Shown piece after piece: positions 11,900 to 22,595 of a stretch of DNA of 64,000 bases. Within the stretch, counting starts at the first letter, position 1. Each line of letters starts with the position of its first letter. Source of the DNA: Desulfatiglandales bacterium (GTDB taxonomy: Bacteria; Desulfobacterota; DSM-4660; Desulfatiglandales; Desulfatiglandaceae). The notes beneath the pieces are model-generated. The model saw only the letters and a program-made list of their open reading frames with translations. It was not told the DNA's origin and ran no database searches. The stretch covers positions 896,001 to 960,000 of the forward strand of contig OY762721.1 in NCBI GenBank assembly GCA_963666345.1, written 5' to 3'. The position numbers and the translations under genes are program-made.

Positions 11900-12635
11900 C
11901 AGCGAAAAACAGCCTTTCTGGGGGCACCTGGAGGAGTTGAGAAAGAGGCTGGTTATCTGTGCCGTTGCGGTGGGAATAGGGTTCGTATTGTCCTATATTT
12001 TTGCCGAAAACCTGTTTCAGGTCCTGGTTGCACCGCTGAAAGACGTGATGCCTGAAGGAGACAGGCTGATTTTCACAAATCTCCCCGAGATGTTTTTCAC
12101 CTACCTAAAGGTATCTTTTATCTCAGGACTTCTTGCCGTTGCACCGGTTATCTTCTACCAGCTCTGGATGTTTGTCGCCCCGGGGCTTTACCGAAACGAA
12201 AGAAGGCTCGTAATCCCCTTTGTTTTGATATCCACGATTCTGTTCGTGGGGGGATCCCTTTTTGGTTATTTTATAGTTTTTCCATTCGGCTTTAAATTTT
12301 TCATGGGTTTTTCAAACGATTTTGTACAGGCCCTTCCCTCGGTAAAGGAATATTTCGCCTTTTCAATGAAACTCCTTTTCGCCTTCGGGTTTGTTTTTGA
12401 ACTTCCAGTTGTCATCTACTTTCTTACTAAGGTGGGGCTGGTTACCACTGATATGCTCAAGAAGAACCGCAAATATGCGATTCTTCTGACCTTCATTATT
12501 GCATCCATACTGACTCCGCCGGATGTAATAACTCAGTGCATGATGGCGGGTCCACTGATTGTTCTCTATGAAATCGGCATTATTGTCTCGATGACCGCAA
12601 AGAAGAAAAAGACAGACGATGAAGAGGAAAAATAG
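11892..12635 (+). CDS. tatC: Twin-arginine translocase TatC
   Basis: [25 protein letters not shown]. Confidence 0.97.
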   Translation: MNSSEKQPFWGHLEELRKRLVICAVAVGIGFVLSYIFAENLFQVLVAPLKDVMPEGDRLIFTNLPEMFFTYLKVSFISGLLAVAPVIFYQLWMFVAPGLYRNERRLVIPFVLISTILFVGGSLFGYFIVFPFGFKFFMGFSNDFVQALPSVKEYFAFSMKLLFAFGFVFELPVVIYFLTKVGLVTTDMLKKNRKYAILLTFIIASILTPPDVITQCMMAGPLIVLYEIGIIVSMTAKKKKTDDEEEK

Positions 12636-12659
12636 ATTCAATGGGCGGGTTCAGCGCTA

Positions 12660-14609
12660 TTAATCGAGGATCTTCATCTTTTTCCCTGATATCGTCAAAA
12701 GCAGAGGCCGCTTCTTGGCCTCTCCCATACAGTCGAAAGATATACTGCCTGTAACCCCCCTGAACCCCTGCGTGGCTAAAAGGGCCTCTTTCAGATCATG
12801 GCTGTTCAGGATATCGTCTTTCGACAAGGCATGCGCCAAAAACCTTAAAGTATCGTAACCGGTTGCCGCCAGTATTCCCGGATAGGATTCAAAATTTTCC
12901 TCGTATTTATGGACGAAATCCTCTACCAGGGGATCTTTGGACCCCTCGAAAAATCCTGAAGGGAAAATGGCGCCCTGGGCGTATTCACCGGCCAGTTCCA
13001 TCAACTCCCGGGAATGCCACAGGCTGGTTCCCATGACCAGCGGTTCCGTAATATCGTGGTAAACCAGCTGGGGAACGATCATGGCTATTGTTTGATAATT
13101 ATCAGGCATGAATATGGCATCAAAATCGATTATCTTATCAGAGCCTTGAGGATAAATCTCCGCTTCCTCCTGTTGCGGGCTCCACTCATCTTTAAACCTT
13201 TCGATTACTGAAGCAGGCCTTGGATAGTAGGCGCCGGAGAGTTTTTTTATCTGTTCCGCAAAATCGGTTAATCCCGGTTCATATGATTCGGCAGCTGTGA
13301 CCTTCTTTCCCTTTTTCTCCAGTTCATCCCAAAACAGATTCATGAAAAAACGGCCATATGAATTCTCAGGGTACAGGATGGCAAATCTATCCAGATCAAG
13401 TTCATCACTCGACCTTTCAAGGAGACGGGAAACCTCATGTAACGGCGTGAGAAAATTCCTGAATATCATCTCCCCTTCCCTGGCGACATCCTCTTTCTGG
13501 GTCAGGGTAATTATCGGAACCCCCATCAGGCTGCCCCGTTTTGCAACCGCTTCGGCAGACCTGCTCGATAACGGCCCTATGACCGCCACCACCTTTTCCT
13601 TATAAACCAGTTCTTCAAGGGCTGACACGGCAGTGCCCGGATCACCTTTGGTATCCTTTATCAAGATTTCCAGATCAATCCGGTCAGAGCCTCCATCCAG
13701 CACTGCAATCTGAATCCCGTTCAACAGCTCTTCACCATAAATGGAAAATGGGCCGGAAAGCGGGACAAGACACCCTACGACGCCTTTTCTGAATGATTCG
13801 GATTCGGCTATCTTCTGGAGAAGCTGCCGCCCGAGATCGACCCAGAACTGCTGGGGAGTGGAACGGACCAGTGCCATTGCGGTCTTTTTTGCGGAATCAA
13901 GTTCTCCCCTGTCCAGAAGCATACCTGCGATTCTGTGAAGGATAACCTGTTCGTATTCACCTGATCCGGCCTGAGCATAAAATGTCTGAAGATCCCTTAA
14001 GTCCGCCTTCCTGATAAGCAGCTCTATCCGTTCACCCACCTGATTCCGCAGATCTTCATCATTGCGTAACCCCCTTTTCGCCTCCAACCACCAGACAAGC
14101 GCGCTGGGCCGTTGCCCCAGGGCCATGTAACTGTCGCCCATATATAGCAGCAGATTGATTTCAAGAGGGTTACCCGTGTAGGTGGAAAGCCATTTTCGAG
14201 CCTCATCAATAGTAGACCTGTAATCTTTCAGATCAAATAGAGCCTTGGCCTTCGAATACCTGACCTCAATTATGCCTTCATATTGAGGAAACAGCCTCTC
14301 TATCTCACCATAAGTCTGCACGGCCTTTTGCAGATCTCCCCTGTTCGAATATATATCGGCAACCCTGTGCATCGCCACTTCGACGCCTTGCGCTTCCGGA
14401 TGAGCCTCGATAAAGGAATTATAGGCGATAAGCGCCATTTCCAGATCGCCACTTCGCAGATATGAATTGGCGTCAGCCAGAGGATCTAAAGGTGCCGGTT
14501 CATGAGCGGTCTTTTTGGGCAGACCTGCCTGGCATCCTGACATAAAAAAGGCTACTCCCACCAGTAAAGCGGGAATAGCCTTTTTAAAACGAAATGATTT
14601 TATAATCAC
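12660..14609 (-). CDS. Lipoprotein with TPRs and periplasmic-binding-protein-like domain (LpoA/LppC penicillin-binding protein activator-like)
   Basis: Lipobox FMSGC, TPR N-half, VGCLVPLSG...VIGPL...ATGYD C-half. Confidence 0.8.
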   Translation of the reverse strand: MIIKSFRFKKAIPALLVGVAFFMSGCQAGLPKKTAHEPAPLDPLADANSYLRSGDLEMALIAYNSFIEAHPEAQGVEVAMHRVADIYSNRGDLQKAVQTYGEIERLFPQYEGIIEVRYSKAKALFDLKDYRSTIDEARKWLSTYTGNPLEINLLLYMGDSYMALGQRPSALVWWLEAKRGLRNDEDLRNQVGERIELLIRKADLRDLQTFYAQAGSGEYEQVILHRIAGMLLDRGELDSAKKTAMALVRSTPQQFWVDLGRQLLQKIAESESFRKGVVGCLVPLSGPFSIYGEELLNGIQIAVLDGGSDRIDLEILIKDTKGDPGTAVSALEELVYKEKVVAVIGPLSSRSAEAVAKRGSLMGVPIITLTQKEDVAREGEMIFRNFLTPLHEVSRLLERSSDELDLDRFAILYPENSYGRFFMNLFWDELEKKGKKVTAAESYEPGLTDFAEQIKKLSGAYYPRPASVIERFKDEWSPQQEEAEIYPQGSDKIIDFDAIFMPDNYQTIAMIVPQLVYHDITEPLVMGTSLWHSRELMELAGEYAQGAIFPSGFFEGSKDPLVEDFVHKYEENFESYPGILAATGYDTLRFLAHALSKDDILNSHDLKEALLATQGFRGVTGSISFDCMGEAKKRPLLLTISGKKMKILD

Positions 14610-16519
14610 TTGTTGACTTCCTCAAAATCGGCATCAACCACATCGTCATCCTTTGGTCCCTCAGCTGTTTCCTGGGCACCGCCTGCAGCTGCCCCGTCGG
14701 ACTGAGACTGCTGTGAGGCATGTGCATACATAGTCTCAGCCAGCTTGTGGGATGCCTGGGTTAAATCTTCCGTATATTTCTTTATTTCTTCAGAGTTATC
14801 ACCTTCCATCGCCTTTTTCAAGTTCTCTATGGCCTGTTCGATACCGGTTTTGGTTGTCTCATCAAGCTTGTCACCTATCTCTTTGACGGACTTTTCCGTT
14901 GTATAGATAAGGGAATCAGCCGTGTTTCTGGCATCCACCAGTTCACGCCTCTTTTTGTCTTCTTCCGCATGAAGCTCGGCATCTTTTACAAGGTTGTCGA
15001 TTTCCTCTTCACTCAGCCCGCTCGACGCGGTTATCTTTATGGACTGTTCTTTACCGGTACCCATATCCTTTGCGGAGACGTTGACGATTCCGTTGGCGTC
15101 GATATCAAAGGTTACCTCAATCTGAGGCAATCCTCTGGGAGCGGGAGGGATCCCTACAAGCTGAAACCTGCCAAGGGTCTTATTGTACCCCGCCATTTCC
15201 CTTTCACCCTGCAGCACGTGAATTTCCACAGCAGGCTGGTTGTCGGCTGCCGTGGAAAAGACCTGACTTTTCTTGGTAGGAATAGTCGTATTCTTTTCTA
15301 TAAGCTTGGTAAATACCCCACCCAGTGTTTCAATCCCGAGTGAAAGCGGGGTAACATCCAGAAGAAGCACATCCTTAACATCGCCCTTTAGCACCCCTCC
15401 CTGGATTGCAGCCCCTATGGCCACGACCTCATCAGGATTTACTCCCTTACTCGGTTCCTTTCCGAAGATATCCTTTACCCGTTCCTGAACCTTGGGCATC
15501 CTGGTCATACCGCCGACCAGTATTACCTCATCTATTTCACTGGCCTTAAGGCCAGCATCCTTCATTGCCATGTTGCAGGGAGCCACCACTTTTTCTATGA
15601 GCCCGTCTACAAGCGCCTCCAGCTTCGATCTGGTCAGTTTTATGTTCAGATGCTTCGGGCCGCTGGCATCGGCAGTAATAAACGGCAGATTGATATCCGT
15701 TTCCATAGACCCTGACAGCTCCATTTTTGCCTTTTCAGCGGCTTCCTTTAGCCTCTGAAGCGCCATCTTATCACTCCTCAGGTCTATGCCCTGATCCTTC
15801 TTGAATTCATTGGCAAGGTAGTCGACAACGACCAAATCAAAATCCTCACCTCCCAGGTGAGTATCACCGTTTGTGGATTTGACCTCGAAAACCCCGTCGC
15901 CTATCTCCATGATTGATATGTCGAATGTGCCGCCTCCCAGATCAAAGACGGCAATTTTTCTATCACCCTTTTTATCAAGACCATATGCAAGTGAGGCAGC
16001 GGTAGGCTCATTTATGATCCTTTCGACCTTCAGCCCTGCTATTTTACCGGCATCCTTTGTCGCCTGTCTCTGACTGTCGTTAAAATAGGCAGGAACGGTA
16101 ATAACCGCTTCCGTGATCTTTTCTCCCAGATAATCCTCAGCTGTCTGCTTCATCTTCTGAAGTATCATGGATGACACCTCAGCGGGGCTGTATTCCTTGC
16201 CCTTTATCGATACCTTTGCATCCCCGTTCTCACCCTTGGTCAGTTTGTACGGCAGGACCTCTATATCCTTTTTTATTTCAGCCGATTCGAATTTTCTTCC
16301 GATCAGTCTTTTTACTCCGAAGACCGTGTTCTCAGGATTGGTTACTGCCTGTCTCTTGGCGGTCTGTCCGACAAGTCTTTCATCGCCGTCTGTAAAAGCC
16401 ACCATGGAAGGCGTTGTCCTTGTTCCTTCCTGATTTACAATTACAACCGGATCACCGCCTTCCATTACGGCAACGCATGAATTAGTAGTTCCAAGGTCTA
16501 TTCCGATTATTTTCCCCAT
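14606..16519 (-). CDS. dnaK: Chaperone DnaK
   Basis: [18 protein letters not shown]-terminal DADFEEV. Confidence 0.99.
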   Translation of the reverse strand: MGKIIGIDLGTTNSCVAVMEGGDPVVIVNQEGTRTTPSMVAFTDGDERLVGQTAKRQAVTNPENTVFGVKRLIGRKFESAEIKKDIEVLPYKLTKGENGDAKVSIKGKEYSPAEVSSMILQKMKQTAEDYLGEKITEAVITVPAYFNDSQRQATKDAGKIAGLKVERIINEPTAASLAYGLDKKGDRKIAVFDLGGGTFDISIMEIGDGVFEVKSTNGDTHLGGEDFDLVVVDYLANEFKKDQGIDLRSDKMALQRLKEAAEKAKMELSGSMETDINLPFITADASGPKHLNIKLTRSKLEALVDGLIEKVVAPCNMAMKDAGLKASEIDEVILVGGMTRMPKVQERVKDIFGKEPSKGVNPDEVVAIGAAIQGGVLKGDVKDVLLLDVTPLSLGIETLGGVFTKLIEKNTTIPTKKSQVFSTAADNQPAVEIHVLQGEREMAGYNKTLGRFQLVGIPPAPRGLPQIEVTFDIDANGIVNVSAKDMGTGKEQSIKITASSGLSEEEIDNLVKDAELHAEEDKKRRELVDARNTADSLIYTTEKSVKEIGDKLDETTKTGIEQAIENLKKAMEGDNSEEIKKYTEDLTQASHKLAETMYAHASQQSQSDGAAAGGAQETAEGPKDDDVVDADFEEVNK

Positions 16520-16593
16520 ATCCTAGCCTCCTTATAGAAACAAATCTTAAAATATAAAAATTTAAAATATTCTCAGGTATATTAAAATCCCCG

Positions 16594-17208
16594 TTAATCC
16601 TGTTTTGAACGCTTACTTACGGCTACCATCGCCGGACGTAACAATCTTTCATTGAGCAGGTAACCCTTTTGAAGTTCTTTGACAACCGTCCCCGGTTCGG
16701 CCGAGTCGTCTTCCAGCTCAAACATCGCTTCATGATAATTCGGGTCAAAGGACTCACCGAGTGAGGTTATCACCTCAAGGCCCGACTTTTTCAATATATT
16801 CTTAAGGCCTTTATGGGTAAGCTCCACACCCTCAATTAAACCCTTAAGGTTGTTTTCATCTTCCCCATGCTCAACCGCCTTTTCAAGGTTGTCGATTACA
16901 GTAAGAAGTTGTTTTATGAGAGTATCATTTGAAAATTTTATCAGGTCGCCTTTTTCCTTCTGAAATCTCTTTTTTAGGTTCTCGATATCTGCCTGACCGC
17001 GCAGATAAAGACCGTAATTCTTTTTCTCCGATTCCCGCAGATCAACGATCTTTTTTATAAGCTCTTTTTTACTCATTTTTTCGAGAGGTATGTCCTTTTC
17101 TTTATCCGCCTCGACAGCTGTTTCAGAATCCTTCACTTCCTGATCGGAAACGCTTCCCGCCTCTTCCGATTTATCTTCATTTTTATTAAAGACATTTATC
17201 TGTACCAC
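16594..17208 (-). CDS. grpE: Nucleotide exchange factor GrpE
   Basis: ADIENLKKR, FDPNYHEAM, QKGYLLNERLLRPAMV. Confidence 0.97.
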   Translation of the reverse strand: MVQINVFNKNEDKSEEAGSVSDQEVKDSETAVEADKEKDIPLEKMSKKELIKKIVDLRESEKKNYGLYLRGQADIENLKKRFQKEKGDLIKFSNDTLIKQLLTVIDNLEKAVEHGEDENNLKGLIEGVELTHKGLKNILKKSGLEVITSLGESFDPNYHEAMFELEDDSAEPGTVVKELQKGYLLNERLLRPAMVAVSKRSKQD

Positions 17209-17597
17209 GACATGCCCCTTTCACAGAAATAATCATCAATCCTCTTTTACGATACTACGCAAACGTTAAGCATGGATAGGGCTTTGTCAAGGTGCTCTGA
17301 GACAGGTTTTTCTTGCATTTCGGCGGAATTCACGCATGCCTTTAGGGCAGATCCGGGACTCGCTCATATTTCATGTTTCTTCAACCGGAACTTTTACAAA
17401 AAAAGGCAGGAAAAAGCCGAAAATCTAAGGGGGGATAGGGATACTGTTTTCCCTATCAGGCAGGATGGATATGATCTTTTTCAGGTCTGCTATCAGTCTG
17501 GGCGCATGTGGCGATCTCCTCTCTCACCGGAGACTGTTCAAAGGAAGAGTCATCGATGAAGCAAATGATCGGTTTCACCCCTGCCTGTCATGCCTTA

Positions 17598-18497
17598 TTA
17601 GTCAACAAGCCCTTTACCTGTCAGGCGCTCGAGGGCCTCCAGATACTTTTCCCTTGTCTTCTCAATTATTTCCTGCGGGAGGTTTGGTGGGGGCGGTTTT
17701 TTCGGCCATTTTATATCAAGGAGATAATCCCTCAAAAACTGTTTATCAAAGCTCTTCTGCGGCCCACCCGAACTGTAGGAATCTGTGGGCCAGAACCTTG
17801 AAGAGTCAGGGGTTAAAACCTCATCTATGAGTATTATACGATCCTCAAAAAAGCCGAATTCGAATTTTGTGTCCGCAACGATAATCCCTTTTTCCGCCGC
17901 AAGGTCCCTGCCCTTTTCATAGATCTTAAGGCTAAGCCGGCTTACCTTATCAGCCACATCCCGCCCAAGAATCGAAACCGCCTTTTCAAAGGATATGTTT
18001 TCATCATGCATCCCTTTCTCAGCCTTGGTCGAGGGAGTAAATATCGGATCAGGCAGTTTTTCAGATTCCTTCAGGCCCAGGGGCAGGGAAATTCCGCATA
18101 TGCTTCCCTGAGAGACATATTCATTCCAACCGGAACCTGAAATGTAACCCCTCACGATACACTCGACCAGAAGAGGTTCCGCCTTTTTGACAAGCATGCT
18201 TCGACCTTTGAGCTGTTCGGCAAATTTTTTGCATGGTTCGGGATATTGTTCCGGATCACTGCTGACGATATGATTTTCCACAATGGATTCCATTGTTTTG
18301 AACCAGAATAAAGAGATCTGGGTCAGGATCTTACCCTTGTCCGGGATAGTATCATCCATAACCACGTCAAAGGCCGACATTCGGTCGCTGGCTACTATAA
18401 GAAGGTAGTCCTCAATCTCATATACATCCCTTACCTTTCCCTGGCGTACGAGCTTGAGTCCTTCAAGATCGCTCATTTGCATAGCACCTGCATTCAT
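17598..18497 (-). CDS. purC: SAICAR synthase
   Basis: [35 protein letters not shown]. Confidence 0.97.
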   Translation of the reverse strand: MNAGAMQMSDLEGLKLVRQGKVRDVYEIEDYLLIVASDRMSAFDVVMDDTIPDKGKILTQISLFWFKTMESIVENHIVSSDPEQYPEPCKKFAEQLKGRSMLVKKAEPLLVECIVRGYISGSGWNEYVSQGSICGISLPLGLKESEKLPDPIFTPSTKAEKGMHDENISFEKAVSILGRDVADKVSRLSLKIYEKGRDLAAEKGIIVADTKFEFGFFEDRIILIDEVLTPDSSRFWPTDSYSSGGPQKSFDKQFLRDYLLDIKWPKKPPPPNLPQEIIEKTREKYLEALERLTGKGLVD

Positions 18498-18557
18498 CGC
18501 TAAAACTCCTTGTTTATTAAAAAGTTACATCCAGGACACTCACCCATTGAAACCGAC

Positions 18558-18714
18558 TACCCAAATCCACCGCCTGATTCAGGCGCAATCAACCATGACT
18601 TGGAATTTTGACTTCCGGGCGCCGGCAAGATGTTAGATGCAAAGCGCCAAGGAGCAAAGACTGAGGCCTATGACCTATAGGTCATAAATCTCTTATTGAT
18701 GGTGGTTCAGGGTA
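18558..18714 (-). repeat. Dispersed ~155-bp intergenic repeat, copy 2 (MITE/REP-like)
   Basis: Homologous to 7001-7146; imperfect terminal inverted ends (taccc..ccacc / ggtgg..gggta); perfect 18-bp palindrome tatgacctataggtcata at 18669-18686. Confidence 0.8.
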
Positions 18715-18906
18715 CTACAAGATCATCTTTTACATATCTTTGGTGATATTGTAAAATATGAAAGGCGTCACGACAAGACAAAAAGAAACGGCTGAGGTGT
18801 TGAGATTGTTTCTGTGCATCATCGGCAGTAGCCGGAAGGTTTTTACTGTAAAGAGCGGAAGGCATCGCAGAGATTGAAATCTCTCATGATTAAGGGATGT
18901 CGCCAA

Positions 18907-20340
18907 TCATCTGCTCAGGCTGTGCAGGTAGTCTCTGTAATATCTCAGGACCCTGTTTCTGAAAGTGATGGTTTCCTTATATGGGGGGATGCCCTCGTAC
19001 TGAGCAACCCTCTTTGGTCCTGCGTTATAGGATGCCAGGGCAAGGCTTATGTCTCCATCCTGGATCCTCATCATCCTTGAAAAATATCTGAACCCGAAAT
19101 CGATAGCCTTTCGGGGGTCCAGACGGTCATCGGTCCCGTCCTTCAAGAGTTCCTTTTTATAACGATGAAAAAGGTTGCGTCTTGTGCCGGCGAACTCAAG
19201 GGAATCGAGCATATATTTTCTGGCCAACGTTGCATGACTTTCTTTGTTTTTATCCGTAATGCCTAATATGAGATTAACGGCCTTTTTTCTTAACCTCCTC
19301 TCCTTGGAAAAACTGGTCTGGGCCTCATTGAAATAATCGGGCATGAAGATATGCTTCATTCCAAGTCCCTTGCCGGTCATCGGCATTATCTGGGTTAGTC
19401 CGGCCGCTCCCACATAAGAAACCGCCTTTGAGTCGAAATTTGACTCTCGCCTCATCAGGGCCATAAACAGTAAAGGATCTACGGGGTAATGCCCCTTATC
19501 ATCCGAGCCTAAGATATCATTGAGAAAGTCGGCATAACGGGACTCGTTCCTTCCCAGTGCCCTTTGCCAGTCATCCTTGCCATGTAGCCCGTTTGCCTCA
19601 CCGCCCCTTTCCATATCAAAAAGTTTCAGGTCCTGTCCTGAGGCCCTTTCGGTAAATTCATTAAATATATGATTGACGAAACGCACATTGCGCGTATTCA
19701 AAGGTCCGTCGGAATCATTCATGCCCTGGCAGCGGTTGTAAAAGGATGCCAATCCGTCCCTGAGGTTATATGAACAGGCCTTCATGCTCTCCTCAATCAA
19801 GACCTCCATCAGCTTCAGGCAATTCGGCCTGTCCAGCCTGTCGTCAGAGGCCTTCTTTATCCCGGACCTGTATGATGCCAAAAGAGCCCTGGCCTTTTCG
19901 ACCGCATGATTATGGCTGAGAGCGAGTTTACCTATTTCCCCTATTTCTTCCCTTGAAAGCTGAGTCCTCCTGTCTGAAGAGATCTCTTTTATTATCCTGT
20001 CAAGGATTTCTTCCGCATCCTCGAAAATTCTGACAGCAGCCTCATAATCCTCGTATTCAGGCAGCTTCAGTCCGAAAGAGCGTGCCACATCGGGCCGAAG
20101 TCTGAGTACGCCCTCCTCACCCTTATAGGAATTATCTGAGAGGCTTTTTTTGTGCTGCTCCAGATTCCAGGCTATTATACTTTGTTTCAAGATCTCTTGA
20201 GAATCGGAAGCCGAAACGGAGAAAGGGGATAAAAATAGTATAAGGACACAGAAAAAGAAAATCTTGATGATTGAATTTACATAAATGCCCATGGAAGATG
20301 CCCTTAAAGGATCACATATATAATCTGATTTTTCCGGCAT
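18907..20340 (-). CDS. Secreted lytic transglycosylase (SLT family) with a duplicated degenerate N-terminal domain
   Basis: RRESNF (catalytic Glu), GAAGLTQIMP, ALASYNAG, PPYKET motifs; N-terminal signal peptide; start uncertain. Confidence 0.88.
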   Translation of the reverse strand: MPEKSDYICDPLRASSMGIYVNSIIKIFFFCVLILFLSPFSVSASDSQEILKQSIIAWNLEQHKKSLSDNSYKGEEGVLRLRPDVARSFGLKLPEYEDYEAAVRIFEDAEEILDRIIKEISSDRRTQLSREEIGEIGKLALSHNHAVEKARALLASYRSGIKKASDDRLDRPNCLKLMEVLIEESMKACSYNLRDGLASFYNRCQGMNDSDGPLNTRNVRFVNHIFNEFTERASGQDLKLFDMERGGEANGLHGKDDWQRALGRNESRYADFLNDILGSDDKGHYPVDPLLFMALMRRESNFDSKAVSYVGAAGLTQIMPMTGKGLGMKHIFMPDYFNEAQTSFSKERRLRKKAVNLILGITDKNKESHATLARKYMLDSLEFAGTRRNLFHRYKKELLKDGTDDRLDPRKAIDFGFRYFSRMMRIQDGDISLALASYNAGPKRVAQYEGIPPYKETITFRNRVLRYYRDYLHSLSR

Positions 20341-20371
20341 AAGTCCCCTGTTTTTTTATATCCTTATAAAA

Positions 20372-20914
20372 ATGGTTCTTCTCCAACTTAGTTGTCGAAG
20401 AGGGTCCAAGGGTCCAAGGATTCAAGGATTCAAGGGTTTTCTCTCCAGGGATCATCGCTTTGGACATTGCCCCGACATCCCCTATTTCCCTTCTTAATCT
20501 CTGAAGCCGCTCTTCTTTCAAATAACCCAGGTCAGCTGATGTCATGTCCCGGGTTTCCAATTCACAGGCTGAACCATATGCAATAAAGAAAAATTGCATA
20601 TACTCTATAGCCGTTTTTTCCCATACCCTCAGGCGGTATCCCTTGACATGAAAACAGCGGATCTTCTGATTCGGGAGGTAAAACAGTATTGCTCATCTTT
20701 AAAAAAACGTTTCGTTTCTTTATACATATGCAAACAAGGTGTATACGATTTTCCCCTAACGTTTAACTGCCTATGATCTTTAAGCTTTTCACTCGAACCC
20801 GCGGCCCCTTGACCCCTCCAAGCCGGGAACCCGCTGCGAAGCAGTGGGACTGAGCTGAGCTAAGCGAGGGCGAAGAATCCTTCATTTAGACCAACTCTTT
20901 TGGAGATGAACCAT
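20372..20914. mobile_element. Non-autonomous TIR-bounded element carrying a four-helix-bundle pseudogene
   Basis: Terminal inverted repeats atggttcttctccaa (20372-20386) and ttggagatgaaccat (20900-20914), 14/15 match; internal octamer tandem gggtccaa/ggattcaa. Confidence 0.65.
20435..20787 (-). pseudogene. Four-helix-bundle (23S rRNA IVS protein / Avd-like) pseudogene
   Basis: Manual translation KLKDHRQLNVRGKSY...FTSRIRRSAVFMSRDTA*GYGKK/TAIEYMQFFFIAYGSACELETR...DLGYL follows the family pattern; AAG in place of a start codon, in-frame TGA and a 1-nt frameshift. Confidence 0.75.
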
Positions 20915-21303
20915 AAAAATATCCATCAAAATCCTGTTCATGACAGGCAGACTAACAGAAGATATCACCAATTTAAAGCCCTTTGAAATGTTCCGAAGCC
21001 ATAAAACAGGTTAGTTTGCCGATAACATTATGATAATTGGCTTTTCCAGACCCATTTTTATTTTATTATGGCAGTCCTGCCTCTCTTAGCCGGCTGAGAA
21101 AAGCAGGCTTTCATTATTGAAGTAACAGGATGAGTGCTCCTCACCCATACCCCTTTCTCCTTATTCCCTCCGGTCTCATCTGTTCATCCCTGTCCAAAAA
21201 AAATCTTCCATTCCAGTTACTGATAATATAGTCTGATTGTTCAATTAATGCCCATCCGGAAATTAGGACATACGAACATTAAACTTCAGAGGATATCAAA
21301 AAG

Positions 21304-22086
21304 ATGCCTTCTTTCCTCATATACCTGCTGGTTTTTCTCCTCGGCATTTGTGTTGGAAGCTTTTTAAATGTTTGCATATTCAGACTTCCGTCTGAAGACT
21401 CAATAACAAATCCCCCCAGATCAGTATGTCCTCATTGTCGAAACAGTATCCCCTTCTACGACAATATACCCCTTTTCAGCTATTTCTGGCTAAGGGGCAA
21501 ATGCCGCAGTTGCGGCGGGAAGATATCGTTTAGGTACCCTATGGTTGAATTAATGGGCGGAATCTTCGCCCTTGCCATTTTTAGGCATTACGGTTTTTCA
21601 CTTCCCGCGCTCATCTACTTTGTACTCATATGTTCCCTTGTTGTAATAACCTTCATAGACCTGGATTACGGGATCATACCGGATGTCATTACCCTTCCCG
21701 GGATACCGATAGGTCTGGCGGCATCATTGGTCCTACCATCCATTTCCATTTTCAACGCCCTGCTCGGAATACTGGCCGGAGGAGGGACCCTTTTTATGGT
21801 TGCGTGGATTTACAGCCTCATAACCGGCAAGGAAGGTATGGGCGGGGGTGATATAAAACTACTTGCAATGCTCGGTCCCTTTCTGGGTTGGAAAGGGGTG
21901 TTCTTTACCATATTCGCGGCATCCGTGGTGGGAATGCTGGCTGGAATCATAGAGATGATAAGGCATAGAGAGGGGATGAAGCTTGCGATCCCTTTCGGGC
22001 CTTTTATATCGATTGGAGCTATCCTTTATATCTTTTACGGACCAGGGCTAATGACATGGTACTGGAATTTTATCAGAGCCGTATGA
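21304..22086 (+). CDS. pilD: Prepilin peptidase / N-methyltransferase
   Basis: GSFLNVCI, CPHC..CRSC Zn motif, FIDLD, GMGGGDIKL, IPFGPF. Confidence 0.95.
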   Translation: MPSFLIYLLVFLLGICVGSFLNVCIFRLPSEDSITNPPRSVCPHCRNSIPFYDNIPLFSYFWLRGKCRSCGGKISFRYPMVELMGGIFALAIFRHYGFSLPALIYFVLICSLVVITFIDLDYGIIPDVITLPGIPIGLAASLVLPSISIFNALLGILAGGGTLFMVAWIYSLITGKEGMGGGDIKLLAMLGPFLGWKGVFFTIFAASVVGMLAGIIEMIRHREGMKLAIPFGPFISIGAILYIFYGPGLMTWYWNFIRAV

Positions 22087-22595
22087 GGCCAAATCCGCCT
22101 TCCCTTTCATCCCGGGCTCAATTCATTTCTTTCCACCGCACCCTTTCCACCCGTTTGGCCCTTACATATTCAAACGGCTTCAAGATAATCACTGTCCCTG
22201 AAACTGATCCATCAAAAGGTCAAGTCCATTTTTTTGCCAGCTATTTTTCCCTCAGAAGCGGACATTGACTTATTTCCGATCAGGCTTAATTTTTTCATGT
22301 ATATGGAATGCTGTTCTTAGGCCCAGGAAAAATTCCCGGCCCTGAGGACCAGGCTCCGGTTTTCATCTCAAAAGTACGAGGTTTCAAAGCCGGGTCTTAG
22401 GATTTCCGACCGAATGCGATGCATAAGGTCTCGGAACGCTTACATCTGAAAAGGCGGCGGAACTGAGAAAATCAAGGGATTACTGGGAGGCGCACTACAA
22501 TAGGCCGCACAAGTGATTCCGCAGGTTGGCGCCGAGATTGTGAAAAACGGCCATTTACGTATGAAAACTATCTGGATAATCGGAGGACAACATAT

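Noticed and set aside
17209..17320. CIRCE/HrcA operator upstream of grpE-dnaK
   Set aside because: No TTAGCACTC-N9-GAGTGCTAA match; only a TTGACA-type element
20401..20437. Octamer tandem considered as a CRISPR array or VNTR
   Set aside because: Units are 8 bp with no spacers and no cas genes; explained as part of the TIR cassette
20435..20787. Diversity-generating retroelement suggested by the Avd-like pseudogene
   Set aside because: No reverse transcriptase and no TR/VR repeat pair seen in the window
22460..22560. Segment upstream of clpB resembling deltaproteobacterial intergenic repeats (atcaagggatt...ggcgccgagattg)
   Set aside because: Only one copy in the window, so repeat status cannot be shown here
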